Below are positions 23,758 to 33,970 of a DNA stretch of 59,778 nt, piece by piece. The stretch is taken from the NCBI GenBank assembly GCA_030610655.1, contig JAUWRG010000002.1:1-59778 (forward strand), read 5' to 3'. Below the pieces are notes generated by a model, which worked only from the letters and a program-made list of their open reading frames with translations, was not told the origin of the DNA and did no database searches. The position numbers and the translations under genes are program-made. Numbering within the stretch: position 1 is the first letter of the stretch; every line of letters starts with the position of its first letter. The DNA is from Dehalococcoidia bacterium. Its GTDB lineage: Bacteria > Chloroflexota > Dehalococcoidia > E44-bin15.

Positions 23758-24507
23758 CTATAAGCCCAAGTATGTCTTTCTGATGGCCTCGTCCTTGAGC
23801 AATTCCTCGCTCGTTCCTTCTGAGATTACTTTTCCATGAGACATAACGTAGTTTCTGCTGGCCAATTTAAATGCCATGCTGACATCCTGCTCAACCAGGA
23901 GCATGGCGATCCCCGAGGCCTTGATCTCCTGTATGCGCTCAAACAATTCCTGTTTCAACTTGGCAGCAAGCCCGGTTGAAGGCTCATCGATACATAGAAG
24001 CTTGGGCTGGAGCATCAAAGCCCTTGCAATGGCGAGCATCTGTTGCTCTCCGCCGGAAAGTTTCCCTGATATCTGATTTCCCCTATCTTTCAGTACCGGG
24101 AACAACTGATAGACCATTTCTAGCCTTGTGTGAAACTCTTTTCTATCGCCGCATAGGTAGCCACCAGCCTTCAGGTTTTCAGCAACTGTCATCTCTCGAA
24201 AGGGCCTTCTTCTCTCCGGGCAATGAACCAAGCCCCTCTTTACAATATCATGTGCTGACAGCCTGTCGATCCTCTCCCCGGCAAAGTGCACAGTGCCTTC
24301 AATGGTTATGTCTCCACCCCGCGTCCCCTTCATCGTACTTTTTTCCCACCTCACCAATCCGGTTATGGCTCGAAGCAGAGTTGACTTTCCAGCGCCATTT
24401 GGACCCACCAGACTCACCAGTTCTCCTTCGTCAACACTCACACTCAGGCTATTCAATACCAGGGCGGTATCATAACAGACCGTTAGATTTTCAACCTGGA
24501 GAAGCAA
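23758..24507 (-). CDS. livF: ABC transporter ATP-binding protein (LivF-like)
   Basis: Walker A GPNGAGKST, LSGGEQQMLAIARAL, Walker B LLCIDEPS and a C-terminal YLGL ending. Confidence 0.88.
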   Translation of the reverse strand: MLLQVENLTVCYDTALVLNSLSVSVDEGELVSLVGPNGAGKSTLLRAITGLVRWEKSTMKGTRGGDITIEGTVHFAGERIDRLSAHDIVKRGLVHCPERRRPFREMTVAENLKAGGYLCGDRKEFHTRLEMVYQLFPVLKDRGNQISGKLSGGEQQMLAIARALMLQPKLLCIDEPSTGLAAKLKQELFERIQEIKASGIAMLLVEQDVSMAFKLASRNYVMSHGKVISEGTSEELLKDEAIRKTYLGL

Positions 24508-24508
24508 C

Positions 24509-25276
24509 TCAGATAACCCCCTTGCCGATGTAGGATTCTATCACCTTTTCGTCCTTGACAACTTCTTCCGGGGTGCCATCGGCAATCAGCTCGCCGAAGT
24601 CGAGCACGATAACGCGGTCAACTATTTTCATCAACTCTGCCAGCTTGTGTTCGATGATAATCATGGTCGGCCCTTCACTGTGCAATCTGCCAAACCTGCC
24701 CCCCTTGTGCAGCCTCTTGATCGATTTTGCCAGCAAATCGGTCTCAGCGGGATTCAGTCCACTAAATGGCTCGTCTAACAGGAGCAATTCAGGGTCGGTG
24801 GCGATAGCCCGGGCTATCTCCAGGCGATTCAGATCACCGTGAGACAGGGTGGAAGCTGGCTCAAGGGCGAGGTCGGAAACGCCGACAAACTCCAACGCAT
24901 CTAGCGCTCTGGCCTCGACTGTCTTAACCCATTCCCCCCTCTTTGATGCTCTGGGGCAGAGGCCAGCTACCATGACATTGGCGATGATGGGTAAACGACG
25001 AAATGGCCTGGTGACCTGGAATGTCCCCACTATTCCATGGTTAACAATACTCCAAGGTTTGGATGCAGTGATATCCTTGCCTTTGAATATCACCCTTCCA
25101 GAATCTGGCTTCAAGATGCCGGTTATGAGGCGCAACAGCGTGGTCTTTCCCGCTCCATTTGGACCTATGAGGCCAACGACCTCATCCTGGGCGATTTGGA
25201 AGCTGACGTTGTTAACTGCGGTCAGGCCGCCGAAGCGCTTGGTCAAGTTCTCAACCTCAAAAAAGGGAACATTCAC
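24509..25276 (-). CDS. livG: ABC transporter ATP-binding protein (LivG-like)
   Basis: Walker A GPNGAGKTT, signature LSHGDLNRLEIARAI, Walker B LLLLDEPFSG and the C-terminal VIESYIG characteristic of LivG. Confidence 0.88.
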   Translation of the reverse strand: MNVPFFEVENLTKRFGGLTAVNNVSFQIAQDEVVGLIGPNGAGKTTLLRLITGILKPDSGRVIFKGKDITASKPWSIVNHGIVGTFQVTRPFRRLPIIANVMVAGLCPRASKRGEWVKTVEARALDALEFVGVSDLALEPASTLSHGDLNRLEIARAIATDPELLLLDEPFSGLNPAETDLLAKSIKRLHKGGRFGRLHSEGPTMIIIEHKLAELMKIVDRVIVLDFGELIADGTPEEVVKDEKVIESYIGKGVI

Positions 25277-25277
25277 T

Positions 25278-26993
25278 TCATTCCTCCTCGTACTCCTCCC
25301 TAAGTTCCCTGCGGGACACCTTTCCTACATCTGTCTTGGGGAGCTCTCCCCTGAACTCCAGAATTTTAGGCACTTTGTAATGAGCGAGGTTCTCCTCACA
25401 GTATTTGAGTAGTTCTTCCTCCGATATTTTCCCTCTTGCCTCAGTTTGGAGAACCACGATCGCCTTGATAATCTGTCCTACATCGGGGTTGGGAACGCCA
25501 AAAACCCCTGCCGTCTTGACCTGTGGGTGCTGGGTTAAAACCTCTTCTATCTCCCGGGCAAATACCGAATAGCCCTTATACTTAATCAGGTCCTTCTGCC
25601 TATCGTAAAAGTAGAAGTAGCCTTCCTCGTCCATGCTAACCAGGTCCCCGGTTCTGAGCCACGTTTTGCCGTCCAGCTCGATCAAGGTCTCCTTTGTATC
25701 TTCTGGCCTTTTCCAGTAGCCCTGCATCACGTTCAACCCCTGTAGCAGCAGTTCGCCAATCTCGCCAGGAGGAACATACTCAGTGGTTTCAGGGCGAACT
25801 ACCGCTGCCATCATGCCGGGTATGGGAACACCGAATGAACCAACCTTCGACCTCCCCATTGGGTTGGCGTGAGATACAGCGCTACACTCAGTTAAACCGT
25901 AACCTTCGAGGATCTTAGACCCTGTCCTCCTCTCCCAATCGGCGACGGTTGACTCATGAAGGGTGTCTGCGCCGCAGGTGATGATCTTGAGCCGCTTCCA
26001 ATTCACCCTTGAGGTCTTATCGTAGTCTTTGAGAAATTGGAACGCAGTTGGCACGCTGAAGAATACCGTTGCTCTGTACCTCTCCATGGCAGATATAATC
26101 TCTTCAATGTCAGGTGTGGTGAAGAGAATCAGGGTTGATCCCTGAGTCAACCCATTGATCATAGCTACTACCTGGCCATAGATATGGTAGAATGGCAGGA
26201 ATGCCGGGATAACCTCTTTACCTTCCTCGAGTATGGGCCAAAAAGCCTGGGTCTGCATCTGACAGGCGAGCAGATTATAGTGGGTCAACAATGCACCCTT
26301 GGGCAAGCCTGTGGTTCCGCCAGTATACGGGAGTGCGGCTATGTCTTCCTTGGCGTTGATTTCGATTTTCGGGGGATTTGGCGGATATTGTTTTATCAGC
26401 TTTTGGAACTGGTGGAAGCCAGACCTTTCAAGGATCTTGGGGCTGGGGACTCCCATATTTCCGTATATCCTGCCAAGGACACTTTTCCCTGCAAGTTTCC
26501 TTGAGGCAGGTAGATACTCACCGATGCTGGTCAGGATAACATTCTTCAGGTCCATTCCCGTCATCTCAACGTTATCGTAGAGCAAATCCTGGCACACAAT
26601 GGACTGGGCTTCACTGTCTTCAAGCTGATGCTTTACCTCAATGCTGGTGTAGACAGGGCTGATTGGTGTGACTGTGGCACCGACTTTGAGCGCGCCAAAA
26701 TAGGCAATGACGTATTGAGGGCTGTTTAGCAGGTAGAGGGCGAGTTTATCTCCCTTCTTGATCCCTAGCTCATATAGCGCTGTTGCAAATCTATCGACGT
26801 CATCCCTCAGCTTTTTGAAACTTATCTTGTTACCGTAGAATACTATCGCGGTCTTTTTCGAGTACTTGGTGGTTATCTCATCAAACACTTCGGACAAGGA
26901 TCGCTCTGGAATTTCAACACTTTCTGGAACCCCTTCAGGATAGAACTTTAACCACGGTCTTTCAAAGTACTTATTCTTAGCCTCCATATGCAT
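25278..26993 (-). CDS. AMP-dependent acyl-CoA synthetase / long-chain-fatty-acid--CoA ligase family
   Basis: AMP-binding motif LPYTGGTTGLPKGALLTHYN, GYGLTE, TGDLVSMDEEGYFYFYDRQKDLIKYKG and a C-terminal GKVSRRELRE. Its stop lies 1 nt from the livG start. Confidence 0.88.
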   Translation of the reverse strand: MHMEAKNKYFERPWLKFYPEGVPESVEIPERSLSEVFDEITTKYSKKTAIVFYGNKISFKKLRDDVDRFATALYELGIKKGDKLALYLLNSPQYVIAYFGALKVGATVTPISPVYTSIEVKHQLEDSEAQSIVCQDLLYDNVEMTGMDLKNVILTSIGEYLPASRKLAGKSVLGRIYGNMGVPSPKILERSGFHQFQKLIKQYPPNPPKIEINAKEDIAALPYTGGTTGLPKGALLTHYNLLACQMQTQAFWPILEEGKEVIPAFLPFYHIYGQVVAMINGLTQGSTLILFTTPDIEEIISAMERYRATVFFSVPTAFQFLKDYDKTSRVNWKRLKIITCGADTLHESTVADWERRTGSKILEGYGLTECSAVSHANPMGRSKVGSFGVPIPGMMAAVVRPETTEYVPPGEIGELLLQGLNVMQGYWKRPEDTKETLIELDGKTWLRTGDLVSMDEEGYFYFYDRQKDLIKYKGYSVFAREIEEVLTQHPQVKTAGVFGVPNPDVGQIIKAIVVLQTEARGKISEEELLKYCEENLAHYKVPKILEFRGELPKTDVGKVSRRELREEYEEE

Positions 26994-27231
26994 CCCTTCC
27001 AGATTACTTCCACCTAGTAAAACAATACTGTAGGAGAAGAAGTCCTGTCAAGGGTGACCCCTTGGCAGCGGGCAAAAGGAATACGATAAAGCACGATTGG
27101 CCTACTTTCACATTACTTTAGCACTTATGCTGCCGGCAGGTCGTAAATGTGCCAAATCTGGTAGCGCTATGCCCCGACGGACTGTAACACAATACGATAT
27201 ACAGTTTAATAATAGAGCGGCTTTGGAGGTT

Positions 27232-28371
27232 TTAAAAATCTACCTCTTTGCCTTCGTACATATATTCAAAAAGTTTCTTGAACTCCTCATTGCTGGCAGT
27301 CCTTTTAATAACCACTGCTGTAGCATCTTGGCTAGCGTTTTCTGTCAGTTTATCTAGCCTGGCTTCAAAATCTTCTTTGCTGATGTCGGTTTTCTTTAAG
27401 GAATGTGGAATATCAATCGCAGTCAATAAATCAAATATTTTCTTGACCAGTGCTGCTACGTCTTCAATTTTAAGGTAGTAAGCAAATTCAGCGAGAAGAT
27501 CCATAACCTCAGGCTCTTTAGCCTCAAATTGAAGAGAGTAGGGAAGACTTATCCCACATGCTTTGCCATGGGGTATATGAAAAACTGCTCCAAGGGAATG
27601 TCCAAGACTATGTGAAAGCCCGGCTTGAGAATTGCCAAAAGCTAGGCCAGCGATGCTAGCTGCAATATGCATTTTTTCTTTGGCTTCTTGATCATTTCTG
27701 TCTTTGTAGGCCCGGGGTAGGTATTGAAAGATCATTTCAGCTGCTTTAATAGCTAGGCCATCTGCGAAATCACTCTTCCATTCAGAAATATATGCGTCAA
27801 TTGCGTGGGAAAGGGCATCCATGCCGGTATTAGCTGCCACGGCGGGAGGAAGAGCTTCGGCCAAAGATGGATCAACAATGGCTATATCAGCGCCGGCCTT
27901 GATGTTTACCGTTGGGGTCTTCCTCTGTTCATCTTTTTTTGTTAGAACGATGGCTGTTGTTGCTTCTGACCCAGTGCCAGAAGTTGTCGGAATCAGGATT
28001 AAGGTTGTTTTTTCGATTTTTAGTGGAGTAAAAGGCGTAATATTTTCGATTTCTAAATCTGGCATTTCATAGAGCACTCTAATGGTTTTGGCAGCATCCA
28101 TTGGCGAACCACCACCAAGGCCAATGATTACATCACTTTCAGTTTTGGAGATCATCTCTTTGCCTTTTATAACCGTCTCATAAGAGGGGTCGGGTTCTAC
28201 TTCATCAAAAACGACAGATTCCATATCCAGAAGATTCTGAATTTTTTGAACATATCCCAGTTCCGTCATAACTTTGTCAGTGACAATAAAAGCCCGCTTG
28301 CCTTCTATTTCTCTCAGTTTTTCTAGGGCATCTTCACCGAAAAATATATCTGGCGAAATAAAATACCACAT
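27232..28371 (-). CDS. iron-containing (group III) alcohol dehydrogenase
   Basis: GLGGGSPMDAAK, the metal-binding His clusters (DALSHAID, HSLGHSLGAVFHIPHG) and a length of 379 aa. Confidence 0.88.
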   Translation of the reverse strand: MWYFISPDIFFGEDALEKLREIEGKRAFIVTDKVMTELGYVQKIQNLLDMESVVFDEVEPDPSYETVIKGKEMISKTESDVIIGLGGGSPMDAAKTIRVLYEMPDLEIENITPFTPLKIEKTTLILIPTTSGTGSEATTAIVLTKKDEQRKTPTVNIKAGADIAIVDPSLAEALPPAVAANTGMDALSHAIDAYISEWKSDFADGLAIKAAEMIFQYLPRAYKDRNDQEAKEKMHIAASIAGLAFGNSQAGLSHSLGHSLGAVFHIPHGKACGISLPYSLQFEAKEPEVMDLLAEFAYYLKIEDVAALVKKIFDLLTAIDIPHSLKKTDISKEDFEARLDKLTENASQDATAVVIKRTASNEEFKKLFEYMYEGKEVDF

Positions 28372-28647
28372 TGGTCTACCTCCTTCTAATTTTCAAAGTG
28401 CTTACTCGCACGCCAAAGGGATTTCTTCCTCAGAAATCTTTCCCTCTGTTGGATCCATCGTTTTGAAACCTTACCCATTAATCGAAACATTCTAGCTGGC
28501 GCCCTTTGAACTCCGCAGCTCCAATTCCAAGTCAGAGCACTGGAAGATTTTCTCAAACGTACCAGTGTCGCAATGTCAATTAATTAAAACTGCGGCAGCA
28601 ACTTAACTCGAAGGGCAGGCTGATAGACGGGGAATGGAGATTCCTCG

Positions 28648-29247
28648 TTAGATTCCGAATTCAGTTCTCAGCTCCGCAAATAGAGATTTGAATGACTCAC
28701 GTCTGTCTGGATTTAGTTCATCTGGACACACCATGTCTACCTCTAGTGCTAGTTTTACTAACTTTATGGCGGCGGGAGCGGACAAAAGAAGCTTTGCTAC
28801 ATCTCCTTTTGCCACCTTTAGGTAAGGATTTAAAGGTGTAGGTATCATCATAGCCTTTACCACATCAAGCCTCTTTTTTGTCTCTGGATTTTCCTTTATT
28901 ACATTCTTCCATGCGTTATATGCCCCCCGAAGAACATAGTCTGCGTTTTTACCCACCTCTTGGGGGACGAGCCTAGCGAACTCACACTCCCCATGCCAGA
29001 GAGCCATAAAGGCATAGAGGTCTTCCATTATCCCTGCTTCAGGATCCGCTAAAATAAGCAGGGCAACTGAACCTTCCCATTTCGCAGCTAATTGTTTGTA
29101 TTCGTCGCTTTCCTGAATCTTTTTTTCAAATTCCGAAACCCACTCTGGCGTAAACAATACATATGGCTTTGTTTCTGCTCTCTTTCTTTCTTCAACTAGC
29201 TTGGCATAAGCTTCGTCCCATTCTTTTGTCCCGTATTGATAAGTCAT
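28648..29247 (-). CDS. hypothetical protein, possibly SCP2/sterol-carrier-like fold
   Basis: 199-aa ORF with good coding appearance. The pattern W-G-(V/A)-hydrophobic run...G-C...ADY-L-G...W and a late KVAKGD resemble SCP2 domains. This is a weak call from pattern only. Confidence 0.5.
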   Translation of the reverse strand: MTYQYGTKEWDEAYAKLVEERKRAETKPYVLFTPEWVSEFEKKIQESDEYKQLAAKWEGSVALLILADPEAGIMEDLYAFMALWHGECEFARLVPQEVGKNADYVLRGAYNAWKNVIKENPETKKRLDVVKAMMIPTPLNPYLKVAKGDVAKLLLSAPAAIKLVKLALEVDMVCPDELNPDRRESFKSLFAELRTEFGI

Positions 29248-29662
29248 AGCCCCTCCCTTTTTTTCAAGTTATTAAACTCTGAGCGCTACATTATAGCATA
29301 CTAAGATATACCATCAATAGATAGTAAAAATTCATCTCTGAAAAAAGCGGCGTTCACTTAATTCATGTTATTCTAGAGGAAGAGCAGGTTCACCAGCCTT
29401 GTGGTAGACTCTTGGTAAGCTCAATCAAGAGCATCACATTTGGGGGAGTAGAGCATGACTAGATGAGATGCCATGCCGTTCTTTGACATATTCACCTTTT
29501 TGTGCTAAGCTACCGCGTGGGAAAGTTGAAGCTACCTTCCGGCAAATAAGGCGAGGGGCTTTTAGTTATAATCATAATTCATACAACATAGGTTAGAAGC
29601 TCTCTTTAATTATTCCTCAGAGTGCTCCTCTTTTGCTCGGAGGGTGGGGGAGGAGGATAGCA

Positions 29663-30547
29663 GTGAGTTCCTCTGGTGGATGGGGTCTTATGTGGCTCCG
29701 AAAAGTTCCTATACATATTTATATTGCTATAATCGGGGGTTTGGTAATTGCCCTGTTGATCTCAGCGCTTATGGCATTTCCTCTTTCCATGCTTCCCGGG
29801 TTGTGGGGAATGCTTACCCCGATTGCAGTCACTATCCTCCTATGCTTGGTTATTACCTCCGTTACAGTAATGCGGGCAAGAGACTTATTCCAGGTGTTTA
29901 GCATCTCTGTGTCTGAGCGGCTTGGCGGCAGGGGTAGGAGAATGCCTCGCAACGGGCAGGTCGTTGTCGATACTAGCGTTCTTATTGATGGGCGCATCGC
30001 TGATATTAGTCGGACTGGCTTTGTCCCTGGGTCATTGATCATCCCCAGATTTATTCTTAATGAATTGCAGCACGTTGCTGATTCTTACGATTCGGTGCGG
30101 CGCGCGCGGGGGCGCAGAGGTCTGGAGATGCTCACCAAACTGCAGAAAGAGTCGGATGTTCCCATGGATATCTCTGAGATTGACTTCGAGGATGTTCCAG
30201 ATGTTGACGCTAAGCTAGTGAGACTGGCCAAGGTTCTCGGTTGCGCTATCATTACTAATGACTTCAATCTGAATCGGGTTGCTGAGCTCCAAGGGGTACA
30301 GGTGCTCAATATTAATGAGCTGGCCAATGCTCTAAAACCAGTTGTCCTTCCTGGCGAGGAGATGGAAGTTCGTGTCATCCAGGAGGGCAAGGAGTTTGGG
30401 CAGGGCATCGGCTTCCTCGATGATGGAACCATGGTTGTGGTGGAAGATGGGCGGCGTTACATTAACAATAGCATTGAAGTGGTGGTTACGAGGATTCTGC
30501 AAACAGCGGCGGGACGGATGATCTTCGCTCACCCTAAAGCGGAGTGA
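29663..30547 (+). CDS. PIN/TRAM domain membrane protein (YacL-like)
   Basis: N-terminal TM helices, then a PIN core [12 protein letters not shown]...[11 protein letters not shown]...[11 protein letters not shown] and a TRAM-like C-terminus. It sits upstream of ispD as in the Bacillus yacL-ispD-ispF arrangement. GTG at 29663 follows GGAGGAGG; the track ORF starts at 29633. Confidence 0.82.
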   Translation: MSSSGGWGLMWLRKVPIHIYIAIIGGLVIALLISALMAFPLSMLPGLWGMLTPIAVTILLCLVITSVTVMRARDLFQVFSISVSERLGGRGRRMPRNGQVVVDTSVLIDGRIADISRTGFVPGSLIIPRFILNELQHVADSYDSVRRARGRRGLEMLTKLQKESDVPMDISEIDFEDVPDVDAKLVRLAKVLGCAIITNDFNLNRVAELQGVQVLNINELANALKPVVLPGEEMEVRVIQEGKEFGQGIGFLDDGTMVVVEDGRRYINNSIEVVVTRILQTAAGRMIFAHPKAE

Positions 30548-30550
30548 TGA

Positions 30551-31231
30551 ATGGGTAGGGTTGGTGCCATCATTGTTGCCGCTGGTAAAAGTAGGCGAAT
30601 GGGAGGGGTAGATAAGGTCTTCGCCAAAATAGCCGGCAAGCCCCTCCTTGCTCATGCGGTTGATGTATTTCAAAAGTGTCCCTCAATTGACCAGGTGGTT
30701 ATTGTATTAAGCGAGGATAATCTTACTGTGGGGAGGAGAATGGTGGAGGAGTATCACTGGTCTAAGGTGAGTGTAGTGTGCCGTGGTGGAGCTCGACGAC
30801 AGGACTCGGTAAGAGAGGGGCTTGAGAACCTCTCAGGCTGCCAGTGGGTGGTGATACATGATGGAGCTCGCCCTTGCATCAGTGTAGATTTAGTTGAAGC
30901 AGGGATTAAGGAGGCTAGCCAGTGTGGCGCTGCTATTGCTGCTATACCGGTTGCTGATACTATCAAGGTTGTTTCTCCAGGCTCCTTCGTTGAGGAGACG
31001 CCACCTCGCCAGACCCTTTGGGCTGCCCAGACTCCTCAGGTGTTTCGATTTGACATAATAAATGAGGCTTATCAAAAAGCTCAGGGTTACGCCACAGACG
31101 ATGCTACTCTGGTTGAAAATCTAAATTATCAGGTTAAGGTCTACCCAGGATCTGATGCCAATATTAAGGTGACAACCCCGGATGACCTCTTGCTAGCAGA
31201 GGCCATCCTTAAAAGTAGGCAACGAGGCTAG
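30551..31231 (+). CDS. ispD: 2-C-methyl-D-erythritol 4-phosphate cytidylyltransferase
   Basis: AIIVAAGKSRRMGGVDKVF and VIHDGARPC motifs, 226 aa. Confidence 0.92.
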   Translation: MGRVGAIIVAAGKSRRMGGVDKVFAKIAGKPLLAHAVDVFQKCPSIDQVVIVLSEDNLTVGRRMVEEYHWSKVSVVCRGGARRQDSVREGLENLSGCQWVVIHDGARPCISVDLVEAGIKEASQCGAAIAAIPVADTIKVVSPGSFVEETPPRQTLWAAQTPQVFRFDIINEAYQKAQGYATDDATLVENLNYQVKVYPGSDANIKVTTPDDLLLAEAILKSRQRG

Positions 31232-31343
31232 GGGATCGATTTCTTGCTACCTTTTGGCCTTGCGAATGGAAAGGGTCTTTGGTGAATATGTAGCGGTGGG
31301 CATTCATGCGCAATTACGCAGTCAACAGGTGCAAACACTTTTA

Positions 31344-31458
31344 GGCGACCGCCAGCAAACGAATCATGGCTGCGAAGCAGGTTGCAAATAGGTTATGCCA
31401 GATACCGTTGGTGGCGAGCCCTTCGACAAGCTCAGGACAAGTGAAATAAATCTATTAT
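31344..31458 (+). repeat. R2 mosaic intergenic repeat, copy e (between ispD and ispF)
   Basis: GGCGACCGCCAGCAAACGAATCATGGCTGCGAAGCAGGTTGCAAATAGGTTATGCCAGATACCGTTGGTGGCGAGCCCTTCGACAAGCTCAGGACAAGTGAAATAAATCTATTATCC. This is the shortest copy. Confidence 0.85.
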
Positions 31459-31476
31459 CCAAGCGATGTACGAATA

Positions 31477-31950
31477 ATGCGCATTGGAATCGGGTATGAT
31501 ATCCATCCTTTAGTTAAGGGGCGTCTTCTTGTTCTTGGGGGAGTGAAGGTACCCTTTGAGCGCGGCCTCTTGGGCCACAGCGATGCCGATGTATTAGTGC
31601 ATGCCGTTATCGATGCCCTCTTGGGCGCCGCCGCTTTGAAGGACATTGGCACCCACTTTCCCGATAGTGATCCTCAGTATGAAGGTATCTCCAGCATAGT
31701 GCTTCTAAAGCGTGTTCGCGATATGATTCATAGTCAATGCTTTATTGTCGAAAACATCGATGCCACTATTATTGCCGAAGAGCCTAAACTGGCTGCTTAC
31801 ATCGATGAAATGCGGCGCAATATCGGAGATGCCCTAGACATTGCTAAAGAGCAGGTTTCGGTTAAGGCGACCACGTCGGCAGCGCTTGGCTTTTTAGGCA
31901 GAGGAGAAGGCATCGCTGCCCATGCGGTGGCTTTGATCGAAAGGCGGTAG
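31477..31950 (+). CDS. ispF: 2-C-methyl-D-erythritol 2,4-cyclodiphosphate synthase
   Basis: [12 protein letters not shown]...[19 protein letters not shown] is canonical IspF. Confidence 0.95.
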   Translation: MRIGIGYDIHPLVKGRLLVLGGVKVPFERGLLGHSDADVLVHAVIDALLGAAALKDIGTHFPDSDPQYEGISSIVLLKRVRDMIHSQCFIVENIDATIIAEEPKLAAYIDEMRRNIGDALDIAKEQVSVKATTSAALGFLGRGEGIAAHAVALIERR

Positions 31951-31951
31951 A

Positions 31952-33427
31952 ATGAGAGTCTTCAATACCCTTTCGGGTCGAAAAGAGGAGTTTGTGCCCC
32001 AGGGCGATCCTATAAAGATGTACGTTTGCGGGGTTACGCCCTATAGTGAGTGTCACATCGGGCATGCCATGAGCTATATCGTTTTTGATGTCATCAGGCG
32101 CTATCTTGAGTTTCGTGGCTACAGGGTGAGGTATATCCAGAACTTCACCGATGTCGATGATAAGATTATCGCTCGCTCAAATCAACTGGGGGTTTCAGTC
32201 AGGGAGCTTGCCGAGGGATTCATCGCCCAGTACTTCGTTGATATGGATGCGTTGAATGTAAAGAGGGCAGACATTTACCCCAGGGCTACGGAGGAGATCC
32301 CCAAAATCATTGAGGTTATCGAAGGATTAATCGACAAGGGGCATGCCTACAATGCCGGGAGCGATGTCTACTTCCGAGTGAAAAGTTTCCCTGAGTATGG
32401 GAAACTCAGCCGTCGGTCGATCGATGAAATGAGAGTAACTGAAGAAATGGCTGGCAAGGAGTACCCGATGGACTTCACCCTGTGGAAGGGGGCGAAGCCC
32501 GGCGAGCCGTCATGGGAAAGCCCCTGGGGGCTGGGAAGACCTGGCTGGCATATTGAGTGCAGCGCTATGTGCTTGAAATACTTGGGCGATACCACTGATA
32601 TTCACGGTGGTGGGCAAGATCTCGTTTTTCCCCATCACGAGAACGAGATCGCCCAATCGGAGGCATTTAGCGGCTCTGCTCCCTTTGTCAAGTATTGGCT
32701 CCATAATGGGCTGGTGCAGCTTGGCGAAGAGAAGATGAGCAAATCACTGGGAAATCTAATCACGGTTAAAGAGGCTCTGGAGCGCTGGAGCGCTGATGCT
32801 TTGAGACTGTTCGTGTTAAGCTCCCATTATCGAAGCCCTCTCACCTATAGTGAGGAAGGTCTGGAAGCGGCGGAGAAAGGGGTGGGAAGGCTATGCCTTG
32901 CGGTGCATCGGGAGAGTCCCGACCCATCGAGGGTAGCGGTTGAGGTTGTGGCCTATCATGAAAGGTTCATGGAGGCGATGGATGACGATTTCAATACTGC
33001 TCAGGCCATCGCCGTTCTCTTCGATTTGGCGAGGGAGATAAATCGAGCCGCCGAGGAGGGCTCATTTATAGATAAGGCTCAGAAAATGATCACCGAGCTC
33101 GCCAGTGTGCTAGGTTTGACTTTGGAGGAGGTGACGATACACCTTGATGTTGCATCTCTCGCGCGACTACTGTCTGAAGTTCATGCCAAGTTGAACAGTG
33201 TCGCTCCGGACTTGGTAATAGAGGCCTTCGGTCCCGCTGGGTCTGTCGTCGAGCGGGCACCTCAGACAGATGCCGAAGCCATCATCTCTTCGTTAGTCGA
33301 GGCTAGGGGGAAACTAAGGGATCGCAAGGAATGGGACTTTGCTGATAGGATTCGCCACGAGCTGTTAGAACTCGATATAATCCTTGAGGACACCGATAAA
33401 GGTACGATCTGGAGATACCGGAGGTGA
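31952..33427 (+). CDS. cysS: cysteine--tRNA ligase
   Basis: HIGH motif (HIGHAMSY), Zn/Cys site WHIECSAM and KMSKSLGN. Confidence 0.95.
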   Translation: MRVFNTLSGRKEEFVPQGDPIKMYVCGVTPYSECHIGHAMSYIVFDVIRRYLEFRGYRVRYIQNFTDVDDKIIARSNQLGVSVRELAEGFIAQYFVDMDALNVKRADIYPRATEEIPKIIEVIEGLIDKGHAYNAGSDVYFRVKSFPEYGKLSRRSIDEMRVTEEMAGKEYPMDFTLWKGAKPGEPSWESPWGLGRPGWHIECSAMCLKYLGDTTDIHGGGQDLVFPHHENEIAQSEAFSGSAPFVKYWLHNGLVQLGEEKMSKSLGNLITVKEALERWSADALRLFVLSSHYRSPLTYSEEGLEAAEKGVGRLCLAVHRESPDPSRVAVEVVAYHERFMEAMDDDFNTAQAIAVLFDLAREINRAAEEGSFIDKAQKMITELASVLGLTLEEVTIHLDVASLARLLSEVHAKLNSVAPDLVIEAFGPAGSVVERAPQTDAEAIISSLVEARGKLRDRKEWDFADRIRHELLELDIILEDTDKGTIWRYRR

Positions 33428-33431
33428 TATT

Positions 33432-33659
33432 ATGAAGCTATGGCAATATGTATGTTGGGTGTTGGTTGGGATCGGTGTTGCGGGGCTCATTGGTTATGCG
33501 CTGTTGGAGTTTTTTGAACGCCCCGATGCCTCCATGTGGTGGAAGGTATTGATGGGGCTTATTATCCTAGGCTTTGTCGGGCTCCTGGAATATGTAGTTA
33601 TAGACCGCTTCCGGAAAGCGAAGAAGGAACCGAAAGATATAAAGAAGGTGAAGCATTGA
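33432..33659 (+). CDS. small two-TM membrane protein (75 aa), hypothetical
   Basis: ATG at 33432 lies 6 nt after GGAGGTG. Two hydrophobic helices are followed by a basic tail KAKKEPKDIKKVKH. Confidence 0.5.
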   Translation: MKLWQYVCWVLVGIGVAGLIGYALLEFFERPDASMWWKVLMGLIILGFVGLLEYVVIDRFRKAKKEPKDIKKVKH

Positions 33660-33970
33660 TCGTTGTAACCTCAGACCATATAGAGGGGAAGAAGATCACT
33701 AAGACCTTGGGCATGGTGAAGGGCAGCACTATCAGGGCAAGGCATTTAGGAAGAGATTTGACTGCTGGATTGCGTAGTATAGTCGGCGGGGAAATCAGTG
33801 AATACACCAAACTTTTAGCTGAGGCTAGGGAAGAGGCTATTCACCGGATGGTAGAGCAGGCGGAAGGGATGGGTGCCAATGCCATCTTGGATACCAGGCT
33901 CATGACTTCGATGGTAATGAGCGGTGCTGCAGAGATTCTGGTCTATGGTACAGCAGTGGTGGTAGAATAA
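33656..33970 (+). CDS. YbjQ/UPF0145 family protein
   Basis: About 104 aa from the TTG at 33656, which overlaps the upstream stop. GMVKGSTIRARHLGRDLTAGLRSIVGGEI..YT.LL..AREEA..RM...A..MGANAI matches the YbjQ pattern. The upstream part of the track ORF (from 33536) overlaps the previous gene. Confidence 0.8.
   Translation: MIVVTSDHIEGKKITKTLGMVKGSTIRARHLGRDLTAGLRSIVGGEISEYTKLLAEAREEAIHRMVEQAEGMGANAILDTRLMTSMVMSGAAEILVYGTAVVVE

Noticed and set aside
29484-29512. Promoter-like TTGACA-17-TAAGCT upstream of the PIN/TRAM gene
   Set aside because: The -10 hexamer matches the consensus at only 3 of 6 positions and lies ~150 nt from the start. This is too weak to annotate.
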